A DNA stretch of 46,961 bases, from the sequence record SRR31156797_8157; one strand, written 5' to 3'. Positions 10,244 to 18,766 of the stretch are shown here, piece by piece. Both the position numbers and the translations under genes were made by a program. Positions within the stretch are counted from its first letter, which is position 1; each line of letters begins with the position of its first letter. A model generated the notes under the pieces. It had not been told where the DNA came from, did no database searches, and saw nothing but the letters and a program-made list of their open reading frames with translations.

Positions 10244-12391
10244 ATGACATTAGGTATGGTTGAAAGCGGCCGCAAAGTTGAAAGTACCATTGAATTTTCG
10301 CCGTTTATTAAAGCGTTAAAAAAGCATTGGTGGAAAATCTTACTGTTTACTGTGGTGGTGACAGGGGCTTGTTACCCACTCGTTTCGCGTATGTCGGCAC
10401 ATTATGTTTCGACATCAACAGTATTAATTAAAGCTCAGGAAGATAATGCAACGCCTTTAGAAAAGGTTGATGGGTATGACTCGACAAGAGCACCATACTA
10501 TCTAACTCAGTTCAATCTGATGCAATCACGCGTGGTACTGGAAAAAGCGATCTTGGATCTAAAGCTGCATGAAGATCCACGCTATAACGGTCAAGTTGAA
10601 ATGACAGACTCAATCAAAGAGTTACCGTTATCTGAACCTCAGCGTATTGAAGCTACGTTAAAAACATTGAAAAAGCATTTATCGTTTTCTGAAGTACGAT
10701 TAACTCAATTGGTGCATATTACATACGAATCTGAAGATGCGGAAGAAGCGGCGCGCATTGCCGATGGTGTCGCTCAAGCGTTTATTGATTACACAATTGA
10801 TCAAAAAGTTGAGAAGGTGAAAGCTGCGCAGCAGTGGAACCAACAACAGATGGAAAAGCTAAAAAATCAGGTTGCTGCTAAGAAAAAGGAGATGGAAACA
10901 TTTCTGAATGAAGCGGGCTTGATTACTTACCGAGGTATTGATGGTTTTGAAACACAGCAGATGAGCATCGCTTCAGAGCGTTTAGCCAACGCCACAGAGC
11001 GAAGAATGCTGGCTCAATCTCAATACGAGTTAGTGGTGAGTAACCTTGACGCTCCGTTAGAAGATGTGGCTTCTATCCCAGCGATTTCGAGTCACCCACA
11101 ACTGCAAGATCTCCGTATTGCAATGATACAGGCAAAGCGCTTGTTGTTTGAATTACAAAACCGCTATGGCCCAAGACACAACAAGATATTAGAAGCAAAA
11201 GCGCAAATAGACGCGATTCAGGGGCAATCTCGACAGCTATTGGAAGAGTTAAAAATCGGGTTGTACAAAGATTATCAAACTCAACTTAGCAAAGAGAATC
11301 GTTATAAAGCGTTACTCCAAAGCCAGAAGAACGACTTTAAATCGATGGTGGCCAAACGCGACAAATACGAGTCAATGAAAACCGATCTTGATAAAACCGA
11401 AGAGTTATACAAAGAACTGTTTGAGCGCAGCAAAGAGCAAAACTTAACGTTGACTTATCGTGAACCAGACGCGCTTCTTTATGATCCTGCTTCCGTGGCG
11501 AAACGACCGCAGAAACCGAATAAGCCATTGTTACTGGTGATGGTTTGTATTCTGTCGTTCTGTTTGTCGACACTGTACGTGATTATTCGTACGGCGATGG
11601 ATCGCAAAATTTATAGCCTTGAGCAAATTCCTAACAAGTTAGGATTGACGCCGTTAGCCGATTTACCTGAACTGGTAAAACGTGGTGAGTATTCACGTGA
11701 TGAACTCTGTGCTCTGATCCGTGCCAATAAGCCGGCATTTGAAACATTTCATGGTATTAAAACCGCGATTGAACTGGCAGCGCCTAGCACACGATCACTT
11801 GGTGTGGTCGCTTCTGGTGAAAAAGAGGGGGCTTCGTTGGTCGCGCAGCTGGTGGCAGACAGTTTAAGCCTCAATCACAACACCTTGTTAATTGACTTGG
11901 ACTATCGTAGTGAAGCTTCACTCTCGAGTTCTGTTGTTGGTAAAAATGAGAACGAAGAACCGTTAGGTGCTGCGCAATGGAATCCTGACAGTGCTAATTC
12001 GCTGATTGTTCAATTGGATGGCCAATGTGATTTCTTACCGCGCGGACAGTTAGATCAATCACCACTGGTTTTCTTCTCCGGTGAAGCGTTCTCTAACATG
12101 ATGTCTGAACTTAAACAGCGATACACTCGTGTGGTGGTCAATTTACCGTGTCTGAGTGATAACAAAGACGCTCAGTTAGCGGCTCAAGCCGTTGATGGAG
12201 TGATCGTTGTGGTTAACGCAGAGAGCCGTTCTTCAAGTGATATTCGTAAAGATATAAACAAACTTGTTCATCCTGAAATTACCACCATCGGCGCGGTATT
12301 AAACCGTGTTAAAGATGAAAATCTACAAAGTGAAGAATGTAAGCAGTTTATTTCTCAAGGTGAATTTTCAGTACTGTTAGCCGAGGGGTAA
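10244..12391 (+). CDS. Polysaccharide co-polymerase (Wzc/GumC-like) with degenerate BY-kinase domain
   Basis: TM - coiled-coil periplasmic domain (YGPRHNKI) - TM - cytoplasmic domain with LLIDLDYR, but Walker A reads EGAS, Walker B reads VVVNLP, and there is no C-terminal Tyr cluster. Confidence 0.88.
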   Translation: MTLGMVESGRKVESTIEFSPFIKALKKHWWKILLFTVVVTGACYPLVSRMSAHYVSTSTVLIKAQEDNATPLEKVDGYDSTRAPYYLTQFNLMQSRVVLEKAILDLKLHEDPRYNGQVEMTDSIKELPLSEPQRIEATLKTLKKHLSFSEVRLTQLVHITYESEDAEEAARIADGVAQAFIDYTIDQKVEKVKAAQQWNQQQMEKLKNQVAAKKKEMETFLNEAGLITYRGIDGFETQQMSIASERLANATERRMLAQSQYELVVSNLDAPLEDVASIPAISSHPQLQDLRIAMIQAKRLLFELQNRYGPRHNKILEAKAQIDAIQGQSRQLLEELKIGLYKDYQTQLSKENRYKALLQSQKNDFKSMVAKRDKYESMKTDLDKTEELYKELFERSKEQNLTLTYREPDALLYDPASVAKRPQKPNKPLLLVMVCILSFCLSTLYVIIRTAMDRKIYSLEQIPNKLGLTPLADLPELVKRGEYSRDELCALIRANKPAFETFHGIKTAIELAAPSTRSLGVVASGEKEGASLVAQLVADSLSLNHNTLLIDLDYRSEASLSSSVVGKNENEEPLGAAQWNPDSANSLIVQLDGQCDFLPRGQLDQSPLVFFSGEAFSNMMSELKQRYTRVVVNLPCLSDNKDAQLAAQAVDGVIVVVNAESRSSSDIRKDINKLVHPEITTIGAVLNRVKDENLQSEECKQFISQGEFSVLLAEG

Positions 12392-12396
12392 TCAGT

Positions 12397-13623
12397 ATGG
12401 GGTTGCTCAAAAGTATCTCAACCATTGCTAGCTCATCCATGCTCACTCAGGTGATCGGTGCGTCTTCAATATGGTTTGTATCTGATAAATATGGCATGGA
12501 TGAGGTGGGTATCTATGCCATGATTTACAGCATCGTGTTGATTGGTGCTCAGGTCTGTACTTTTGCTTCTCAGCTTTTGATTCCCAAGCAACACGAAGAA
12601 TATTTAGTGCAGAATATTGTCTTCTGTCTTTTGCAAACACTCATCATTGCGCTGCCTTTTACTGGCATTGTGGTTTGGTTGTTCGATAAACCGTTTGCTT
12701 TGTATTATCTGCTGACCTTGGCTCATGGCTGGATTCTGATTTCAGAAAACTTATTACTCCGAGATGAGAAAATGAAGATGTTGGCTTTCCAGCGTCTAAC
12801 TGCTTCATCGTTGATGTTAGCTTGCGTGTTGCTGACTCCGACCTCTGAACTCTTGTATTGGAGTTGGGCGAGTGCATTAATCATTATCGTGATTTTATGG
12901 TTGTGTTACTCGTTTCCGTTTCGTCTTATGGAGTGGAAACATTGGTCGGCGAAATCCAATGTGCTGTTTTTTAAACGCAACAAGCAGCACATCATTAACA
13001 TTGGCAGTGCTGAAGTTCTCGCTATGGCCAACAGCAATTTGCCAACTGTATTAATCAACTACTGGTTCTCTGCAGTGACAGCCGGTTACTTTGCCATTGT
13101 TAGTCGATTTTGTTTATCGCCAGTGGTGATTGTGGGTAACGCGGTGCGAAACTCTATCTTTTCCAAGTGGTCGCTGGATTTTCGTCATCAACGGTTTAAT
13201 TTCCCAGAGTTCATCAAGGTCAGAAAATTGTTGTTCGTGTTGGGTTTAGTGGCGACCGCGGGGGTATTTATCTTTTATCCGTTGGTGATGGAATTCGCCA
13301 GCAGTAGAAACTGGGTCAGCCATGAATGGGTGGAATCTATCCCAACCTCTCGTTACATGCTGCCGTATTTGTTTCCTGCGTTAGCGATTTGCCCGTTGAC
13401 CGTGATTGAATTGGTGTTTGGTTCGCCTAAGTATTTCTTACGTATTCAAATTGAACAATTGGCGGTGGTTGTCGCGGCATTTGTCGTATTGCCTTATTTC
13501 TACCCTGACTATGCCTATTCAGTGATGGCTTACGCCGTGCTTTCTGCGCTTCGTTACGGATTTATTTATTTGAAGGTCAATCAAAGAGCACGTTCCATGC
13601 GCAGTGGTATGGAGGTCAAGTGA
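12397..13623 (+). CDS. Wzx-type oligosaccharide flippase
   Basis: ~12 TMs, N-terminal ..SS.LTQVIG....YG.DEVGIYA and AVTAGYFAIVSR patterns; position in EPS operon. Confidence 0.8.
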   Translation: MGLLKSISTIASSSMLTQVIGASSIWFVSDKYGMDEVGIYAMIYSIVLIGAQVCTFASQLLIPKQHEEYLVQNIVFCLLQTLIIALPFTGIVVWLFDKPFALYYLLTLAHGWILISENLLLRDEKMKMLAFQRLTASSLMLACVLLTPTSELLYWSWASALIIIVILWLCYSFPFRLMEWKHWSAKSNVLFFKRNKQHIINIGSAEVLAMANSNLPTVLINYWFSAVTAGYFAIVSRFCLSPVVIVGNAVRNSIFSKWSLDFRHQRFNFPEFIKVRKLLFVLGLVATAGVFIFYPLVMEFASSRNWVSHEWVESIPTSRYMLPYLFPALAICPLTVIELVFGSPKYFLRIQIEQLAVVVAAFVVLPYFYPDYAYSVMAYAVLSALRYGFIYLKVNQRARSMRSGMEVK

Positions 13624-15008
13624 CGCTAAGTTTAAATAGTGGGTTTTATCTCCAAGTCGTGACCCTAACAACCTTAGTTCTGTGTGGTGTTGTTCAGTAC
13701 TTCACGGGGATAGGCGCGGTGCTTTGGCTGCCGTTTCTAATGACCTGTCTAATGGTTCTGCTGTTGCTGATGCAAACGCGTTACAGTGAGTTTTATATAG
13801 ACAATCAAGAGCGGGTATTGCTGCTGATGTTTGTCTGTTTTATCGCTATTGCAGTGGTATCGACCGTGTTACAAAGCGGAATAAAAGTCACGATTGTAGG
13901 AATGAAAAATGAGCTGGCGATTTCACTCATTCTGTTTTGCTTGCTACTGGGCTTTTGCCGTGAGTCTCAAATATACCGAATAACTAAAGCTCTGTACTGG
14001 GTGTTTTATGTCCAGTTTCCAGTCGTGTTGTATCAAGTACTGGTGGTCGTGCCTAAGCGTGTCGCGTTTCGTGGTGAATATGAAAAATGGGACGCCGTAG
14101 TGGGTACGTTTGGTGGTGATCCCATGAAAGGCGGCAATACCGCAGCAATGGGACTCTTTTGCTTATTGATTATGCTGCTTAAGCTGTCGGAATATAAGCA
14201 TGGTCTCTCCAGTAAACTCAATACCGGCTTGCACATTGTGGCTGCGTTTTCGCTGTGCATTTTGGGTGAAGTGAAATTCGTTATTCTACTGTCCCCATTT
14301 TTGATGGCATTTGTGTGGTTCTCCCCAAGTTATTTAGCGGGGATGAAACGATTAGATCTGAAAACGGCTTTAACCATTGTGGGGGGCCTGTTTGGGCTGA
14401 TTTCCGTTGCCATTATGCTGTTGGCAGCGTCGTACTCATCGGCGTTTGCTGGAAGTTCCGACAAGGGCGCACTGGAAGTCTTCATCGATTCTCTCTCTTA
14501 TGTCTTTGACCCAAACTACATCATGGAAACGGGTGAGTTAGGACGGATGACAACCCTATTTTTTTGGGGAGAGCATAGCGACTTATATGGCTTACCGAGT
14601 CAACTGTTTGGTTATGGCCTGAACGCGACCAACCGAGGCAGTACAGTTGCTCCAGGATTCTTAAATATTATTTTTAACGCATTTCTAGATTCGACTTCCC
14701 TCAGTATGTTGCTTTGGGAAACGGGATTGATCGGAACTTTGCTGTTTTTTACCGTAGTCGGTTATGCATTACGCATTGCAATGCCTAATCCTCTGATCCC
14801 CAGAGATAAAGTTACGGTAGAAGATATACGGTTACTCTCTTTTCAACCTGCATTTATCGCCTTTGGTATTGCGGGGTTGTTGAGTACTCCTTATAGCCAG
14901 ACCTTAATGATCGTACCTATGCTGCAGTTTCTTTTCTATTTTTCAATAGGCGCAGCGTTAGTGATTCGGAAGTCGGTATTAATTACAAGTGGACCTTCCT
15001 ATGGGTGA
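13620..15008 (+). CDS. Putative Wzy polymerase / O-antigen ligase-like membrane protein
   Basis: 10-12 TMs with two periplasmic loops (GTFGG...N, ELGR...FGYGL, LLWETGLIG); GTGA overlap with wzx. Confidence 0.7.
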   Translation: MTLSLNSGFYLQVVTLTTLVLCGVVQYFTGIGAVLWLPFLMTCLMVLLLLMQTRYSEFYIDNQERVLLLMFVCFIAIAVVSTVLQSGIKVTIVGMKNELAISLILFCLLLGFCRESQIYRITKALYWVFYVQFPVVLYQVLVVVPKRVAFRGEYEKWDAVVGTFGGDPMKGGNTAAMGLFCLLIMLLKLSEYKHGLSSKLNTGLHIVAAFSLCILGEVKFVILLSPFLMAFVWFSPSYLAGMKRLDLKTALTIVGGLFGLISVAIMLLAASYSSAFAGSSDKGALEVFIDSLSYVFDPNYIMETGELGRMTTLFFWGEHSDLYGLPSQLFGYGLNATNRGSTVAPGFLNIIFNAFLDSTSLSMLLWETGLIGTLLFFTVVGYALRIAMPNPLIPRDKVTVEDIRLLSFQPAFIAFGIAGLLSTPYSQTLMIVPMLQFLFYFSIGAALVIRKSVLITSGPSYG

Positions 15009-15999
15009 ACAAATCAAAATTAGTGTCATTATCAAGACCTATAATGAGCAGGCTGGTATAGCCAAAACCATCACCAGTATTCGAGACAACTTAATGCCGT
15101 ATACGCATGAAATAATCGTCGCGGATAGTTTGTCATCAGATGATACTCAAGCCATTGCGTTAGCTAATGGTGCAAAAGTGGCGTCGTTGGAAAATGGTGA
15201 TGAGCGTTGTTGTGGCGTAGGTCATCAACTCGGTTACCTCTATGCGCAAGGTGAGTTTTTGTTGCTGATGGACGGTGATATGGAGCTTGCTTCAGGTTTC
15301 ATCGAGCAAGGTATTGATTTTCTTGAATCTCACCAAGATTATGCCGGGGTTGCGGGTATGGTCGAAATGGATGACGCACCCAGTTATGAATTTAAATCTC
15401 GCAAGCAACGCCTACATAAGATCTATCCGGTCGGAGACACCAGCCATTTAGGCGGCGGCGGTTTATACCGTAAATCTGCGATAGAAAAGATCGGTTACCT
15501 GACCAATCGAAACTTACATGCCTACGAAGAAGCAGAGCTGGGGATGCGACTCAAGCATGCGGGCTATAAACTGCATCGTCTGGCGGTTCCTTACTTCTTT
15601 CATACTTCCTACGACATGTCGTCAATCGCGTTGATGAAATATCGTTGGCGCAGTGGCTACTTGTTTGCTTCAGGTGAACTATTGAAAGGATCGTGGGGTA
15701 AACCACACTTCAAAGACGCGCTTCATATCGTCAAAAATGAAGCGATTTTTACTTTATACCTCATCACACTAGCGCTTTCGCTTCTATCCTTTAATGTGCA
15801 ACTCATTACATTGATGCTATTGCCATTAGTGGCGTTTTTTACTCTCAAAGCGGTTAAGAATAAATCGTTGCGTGATGCTTTGCAGAGTGTGGTCAATTTG
15901 AGTGTGTTTTCTGCTGGTTTAATACGAGGTCTTATCGGCAGCCGCTTGAAAGACCCTCATGTTGCGCCAAAAAATCGAATGATTGTCGGAGATGAATGA
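15001..15999 (+). CDS. Glycosyltransferase family 2 with C-terminal TM helices
   Basis: ISVIIKTYNE, IVADSLSSD, LMDGD (DxD); hydrophobic C-terminus. Confidence 0.9.
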   Translation: MGEQIKISVIIKTYNEQAGIAKTITSIRDNLMPYTHEIIVADSLSSDDTQAIALANGAKVASLENGDERCCGVGHQLGYLYAQGEFLLLMDGDMELASGFIEQGIDFLESHQDYAGVAGMVEMDDAPSYEFKSRKQRLHKIYPVGDTSHLGGGGLYRKSAIEKIGYLTNRNLHAYEEAELGMRLKHAGYKLHRLAVPYFFHTSYDMSSIALMKYRWRSGYLFASGELLKGSWGKPHFKDALHIVKNEAIFTLYLITLALSLLSFNVQLITLMLLPLVAFFTLKAVKNKSLRDALQSVVNLSVFSAGLIRGLIGSRLKDPHVAPKNRMIVGDE

Positions 16000-17213
16000 T
16001 GAAAATCTTGTTGGTCAATAAATTTTTCTTCATGAAAGGCGGGGCTGAAACCGTCTTCTTTCAAGAAAGAGAAATGCTGGCGCATTCCGGTGCTCAAATC
16101 ATTGATTTTTCAATGCAGCATGAGAAGAACATTCCTTCCCAGTACAGCGAATTTTTCGTTTCTAATGTTGATTATCATTCTGGTAAGCAGAGTGTGATGA
16201 GTCGTTTAACCACCGCGATCAACTTTATTCATAACAATGAAGCGTGTGAAAAACTGAAAGCGCTCATCAATAGTGAAAAACCAGAAATCGTACACTTTCA
16301 CAATATCTACCACCAACTGACGCCTTCGATTATTAAAGTGGCAAAGTCACTGGGGTGCAAAACAGTGCTCACTGCCCATGACACCAAAATTGCGTGTCCC
16401 AGCTATACCATGTATCGAGATGGGCACACTTGTGAGGCGTGTTTGCAAGGATCTGTTTGGAACGCATTTAAGTATCGTTGTCAGGGTGGTTCACTGTTTA
16501 AGAGCGCGTTATTGTCTTTGGAAGCGAGTTATCAAGCGGTGGCAAAAAACTATCAGGCTGTTGATGTGATCGTTTCTCCCAGTCAGTTTCTCGCTAATAT
16601 TATTCGTCAAAAGCTGCCTCACAACCGAATTGATGTGATTGTTAATGGCATAGATGAACATGTAAATCGCGAAGGTGTTGAGGATGGTCGTTATTTTCTT
16701 TATTTAGGACGCCTTAGTGTTGAAAAGGGTGTTGCAACCTTGGCGAAAGCTTATCAAGAATCGAATCAAACGCTTCCGCTAAAAGTGGTTGGTGATGGGC
16801 CTTTGTATCAAGAGTTGGTTGAAAAGTACGACAACATTGAGTTTCTTGGATTTCAAAGTGGTGACGCGCTGCATACGTTAATCAAGCATTGCAGCGCAGT
16901 TATTGCTCCTTCGGAATGTTATGAAAACTGCTCAATGTCGGTCATTGAAGCAATGGCGTATGGTAAGCCGGTTATTGGTGCGGATATTGGTGGTATACCA
17001 GAACAAGTCCGAGAAGGTATTGAAGGGCGTTTGTTTGAATCAGGCAATCCTAGCTCACTTGCTAAGGTGATGGACAGCTTTGCCGAAGATCAACAGACGT
17101 CACAACAACTGGGTATCCATGCGCGTCAGCGTTTAGAAAACAAATACTCTATGACTAGGCATGAAAATGCACTCATGGCCCTATACCAAGAATTATTAAG
17201 TGAGAAAGCATAA
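15996..17213 (+). CDS. Glycosyltransferase family 4 with a Cys-rich insert
   Basis: GGAE, LGRLSVEKG, PSECYENCSMSVIEAMAYGKPVI, GGIPE. Confidence 0.92.
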   Translation: MMKILLVNKFFFMKGGAETVFFQEREMLAHSGAQIIDFSMQHEKNIPSQYSEFFVSNVDYHSGKQSVMSRLTTAINFIHNNEACEKLKALINSEKPEIVHFHNIYHQLTPSIIKVAKSLGCKTVLTAHDTKIACPSYTMYRDGHTCEACLQGSVWNAFKYRCQGGSLFKSALLSLEASYQAVAKNYQAVDVIVSPSQFLANIIRQKLPHNRIDVIVNGIDEHVNREGVEDGRYFLYLGRLSVEKGVATLAKAYQESNQTLPLKVVGDGPLYQELVEKYDNIEFLGFQSGDALHTLIKHCSAVIAPSECYENCSMSVIEAMAYGKPVIGADIGGIPEQVREGIEGRLFESGNPSSLAKVMDSFAEDQQTSQQLGIHARQRLENKYSMTRHENALMALYQELLSEKA

Positions 17214-18325
17214 TGACAATGAAAATTACGGTATTAGGTACGCGAGGTATTCCAGATGTATTGGGTGGTGTAGAAACCCATTGTCAGCACTTATACCCTG
17301 AAATCGTTAAACAGTCTGGCGCTGAAGTGTGTGTTATTGCTCGTTCACCTTACGTTGATTACAAGCACTCACAATATAAAGGGGTGACTACGCGAACGGT
17401 ATGGGCACCGAAAAAGAAATCATTGGAGGCGATCATCCATTCGACGTTGGCGGCATTTTCAACCTTAACCGATGGTTCTGATGTTGTTCATGTCCATGCG
17501 ATAGGCCCCGGGCTGGTGGTACCTTTATTGCGTTTGCTTGGTAAAAAAGTGGTGTTCACCCATCATGGCCCAGATTACGACCGTCAGAAATGGGGAACCT
17601 TTGCTAAGACAATTCTGAAAACGGGTGAAAGATTCGCTGCAAAATGGGCCAACGAGGTGATTGTTATCTCTGATGTGATCAATAATCTTATCAAAGATAA
17701 GTACCAGCGGTTTGATGCCAACTTAATTTACAACGGCGTATTGCTTCAACAAGCGTTGCCTAGCGAAGTCGTGACAAACATTTTGGCTAAGCACGAGTTA
17801 GAGTCGAAGCAATATATCGTTGCAGTCGGACGCTTTGTCGAGGAAAAGGGGTTTCATGATTTGATTGATGCTTATGCTGCATCAGGGTTAACCCAACCAC
17901 TGGTTTTGGTTGGCGATACAGACCATGAAACACTGTACAGTTCTGAGTTAAAAGCGAAAGCGCGTAACACTCAGGGTGTAAAGATGACAGGGTTCGTTAA
18001 AGGAGATGAACTCAAGGCATTATTTTCTCAGGCTAGACTCTTTGTTATGCCTTCGTACCACGAGGGGTTGCCGATTGCGCTACTAGAAGCGATGTCATAT
18101 TCATTACCGGCTCTGGTAAGCGACATCCCAGCAAATGTTGAGGTGGGTTTAAATGAGCAATGTTATTTTCCAGTAGGAAATGTCCCAGCATTAGCGGATA
18201 AACTGGCGCAGCTTCCTCCGGCCGATAATGTGAATTATGCTGAGTATCTGGAGAAATACGATTGGCAAAAAATAGCGAGTCAAACCATAGAGGTTTATAA
18301 AAAACTGACGGTTTATCGAAAATAG
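17213..18325 (+). CDS. Glycosyltransferase family 4
   Basis: GTRGIP..GGVE, VGRFVEEKG, PSYHEGLPIALLEAMS; TAATG coupling to the previous gene. Confidence 0.93.
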   Translation: MTMKITVLGTRGIPDVLGGVETHCQHLYPEIVKQSGAEVCVIARSPYVDYKHSQYKGVTTRTVWAPKKKSLEAIIHSTLAAFSTLTDGSDVVHVHAIGPGLVVPLLRLLGKKVVFTHHGPDYDRQKWGTFAKTILKTGERFAAKWANEVIVISDVINNLIKDKYQRFDANLIYNGVLLQQALPSEVVTNILAKHELESKQYIVAVGRFVEEKGFHDLIDAYAASGLTQPLVLVGDTDHETLYSSELKAKARNTQGVKMTGFVKGDELKALFSQARLFVMPSYHEGLPIALLEAMSYSLPALVSDIPANVEVGLNEQCYFPVGNVPALADKLAQLPPADNVNYAEYLEKYDWQKIASQTIEVYKKLTVYRK

Positions 18326-18339
18326 CAGGGAATCACTCA

Positions 18340-18744
18340 GTGTCCTCAAACAGTAATTCAGACAGAGTCATAAATCAGTTTTATCATACTCTTGATGACG
18401 ATATTGCAAATAGCTTAACCCATGAACAGAAACGCGGAATAGAGACCGCAGTCAAGTCGATGGGATTAGTGGCGCGTCACTCTATTGATATACGCAAAAC
18501 TTTCCCTTGGCTCGGTAAGCGTTTTTACTTCGTGTTGTTATGCGGTATAGACAGGCGCAAAAATGTTCGCGATCGCTCTGCTGTTGGCAATATTGTCGTT
18601 ACAAGTCTGATATTGTTTGGATTGATAGCAGTATGCCTTCTTGCTTTGTTGGCTCTTTACTTGATTAAGTCAGCATTAGGCATTGATATTTTTAAAGGAT
18701 TTTCACTAGGGATTTGGGATTGGTTTAAAGGATTATTTATGTAG
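18340..18744 (+). CDS. Small membrane protein of unknown function in the EPS operon
   Basis: 134 aa, one long TM then LYLIKSALGIDIF...SLGIW; 14 nt after the GT4 stop with SD-like AGGGA. Confidence 0.75.
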   Translation: MSSNSNSDRVINQFYHTLDDDIANSLTHEQKRGIETAVKSMGLVARHSIDIRKTFPWLGKRFYFVLLCGIDRRKNVRDRSAVGNIVVTSLILFGLIAVCLLALLALYLIKSALGIDIFKGFSLGIWDWFKGLFM

Positions 18745-18766
18745 GTAATTATACCCAGAGGTCTAT

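Noticed and set aside
18340-18744. Calling the 134-aa protein an EPSP synthase, a label I recall on similar proteins
   Set aside because: Far too short, membrane-bound and lacking AroA motifs
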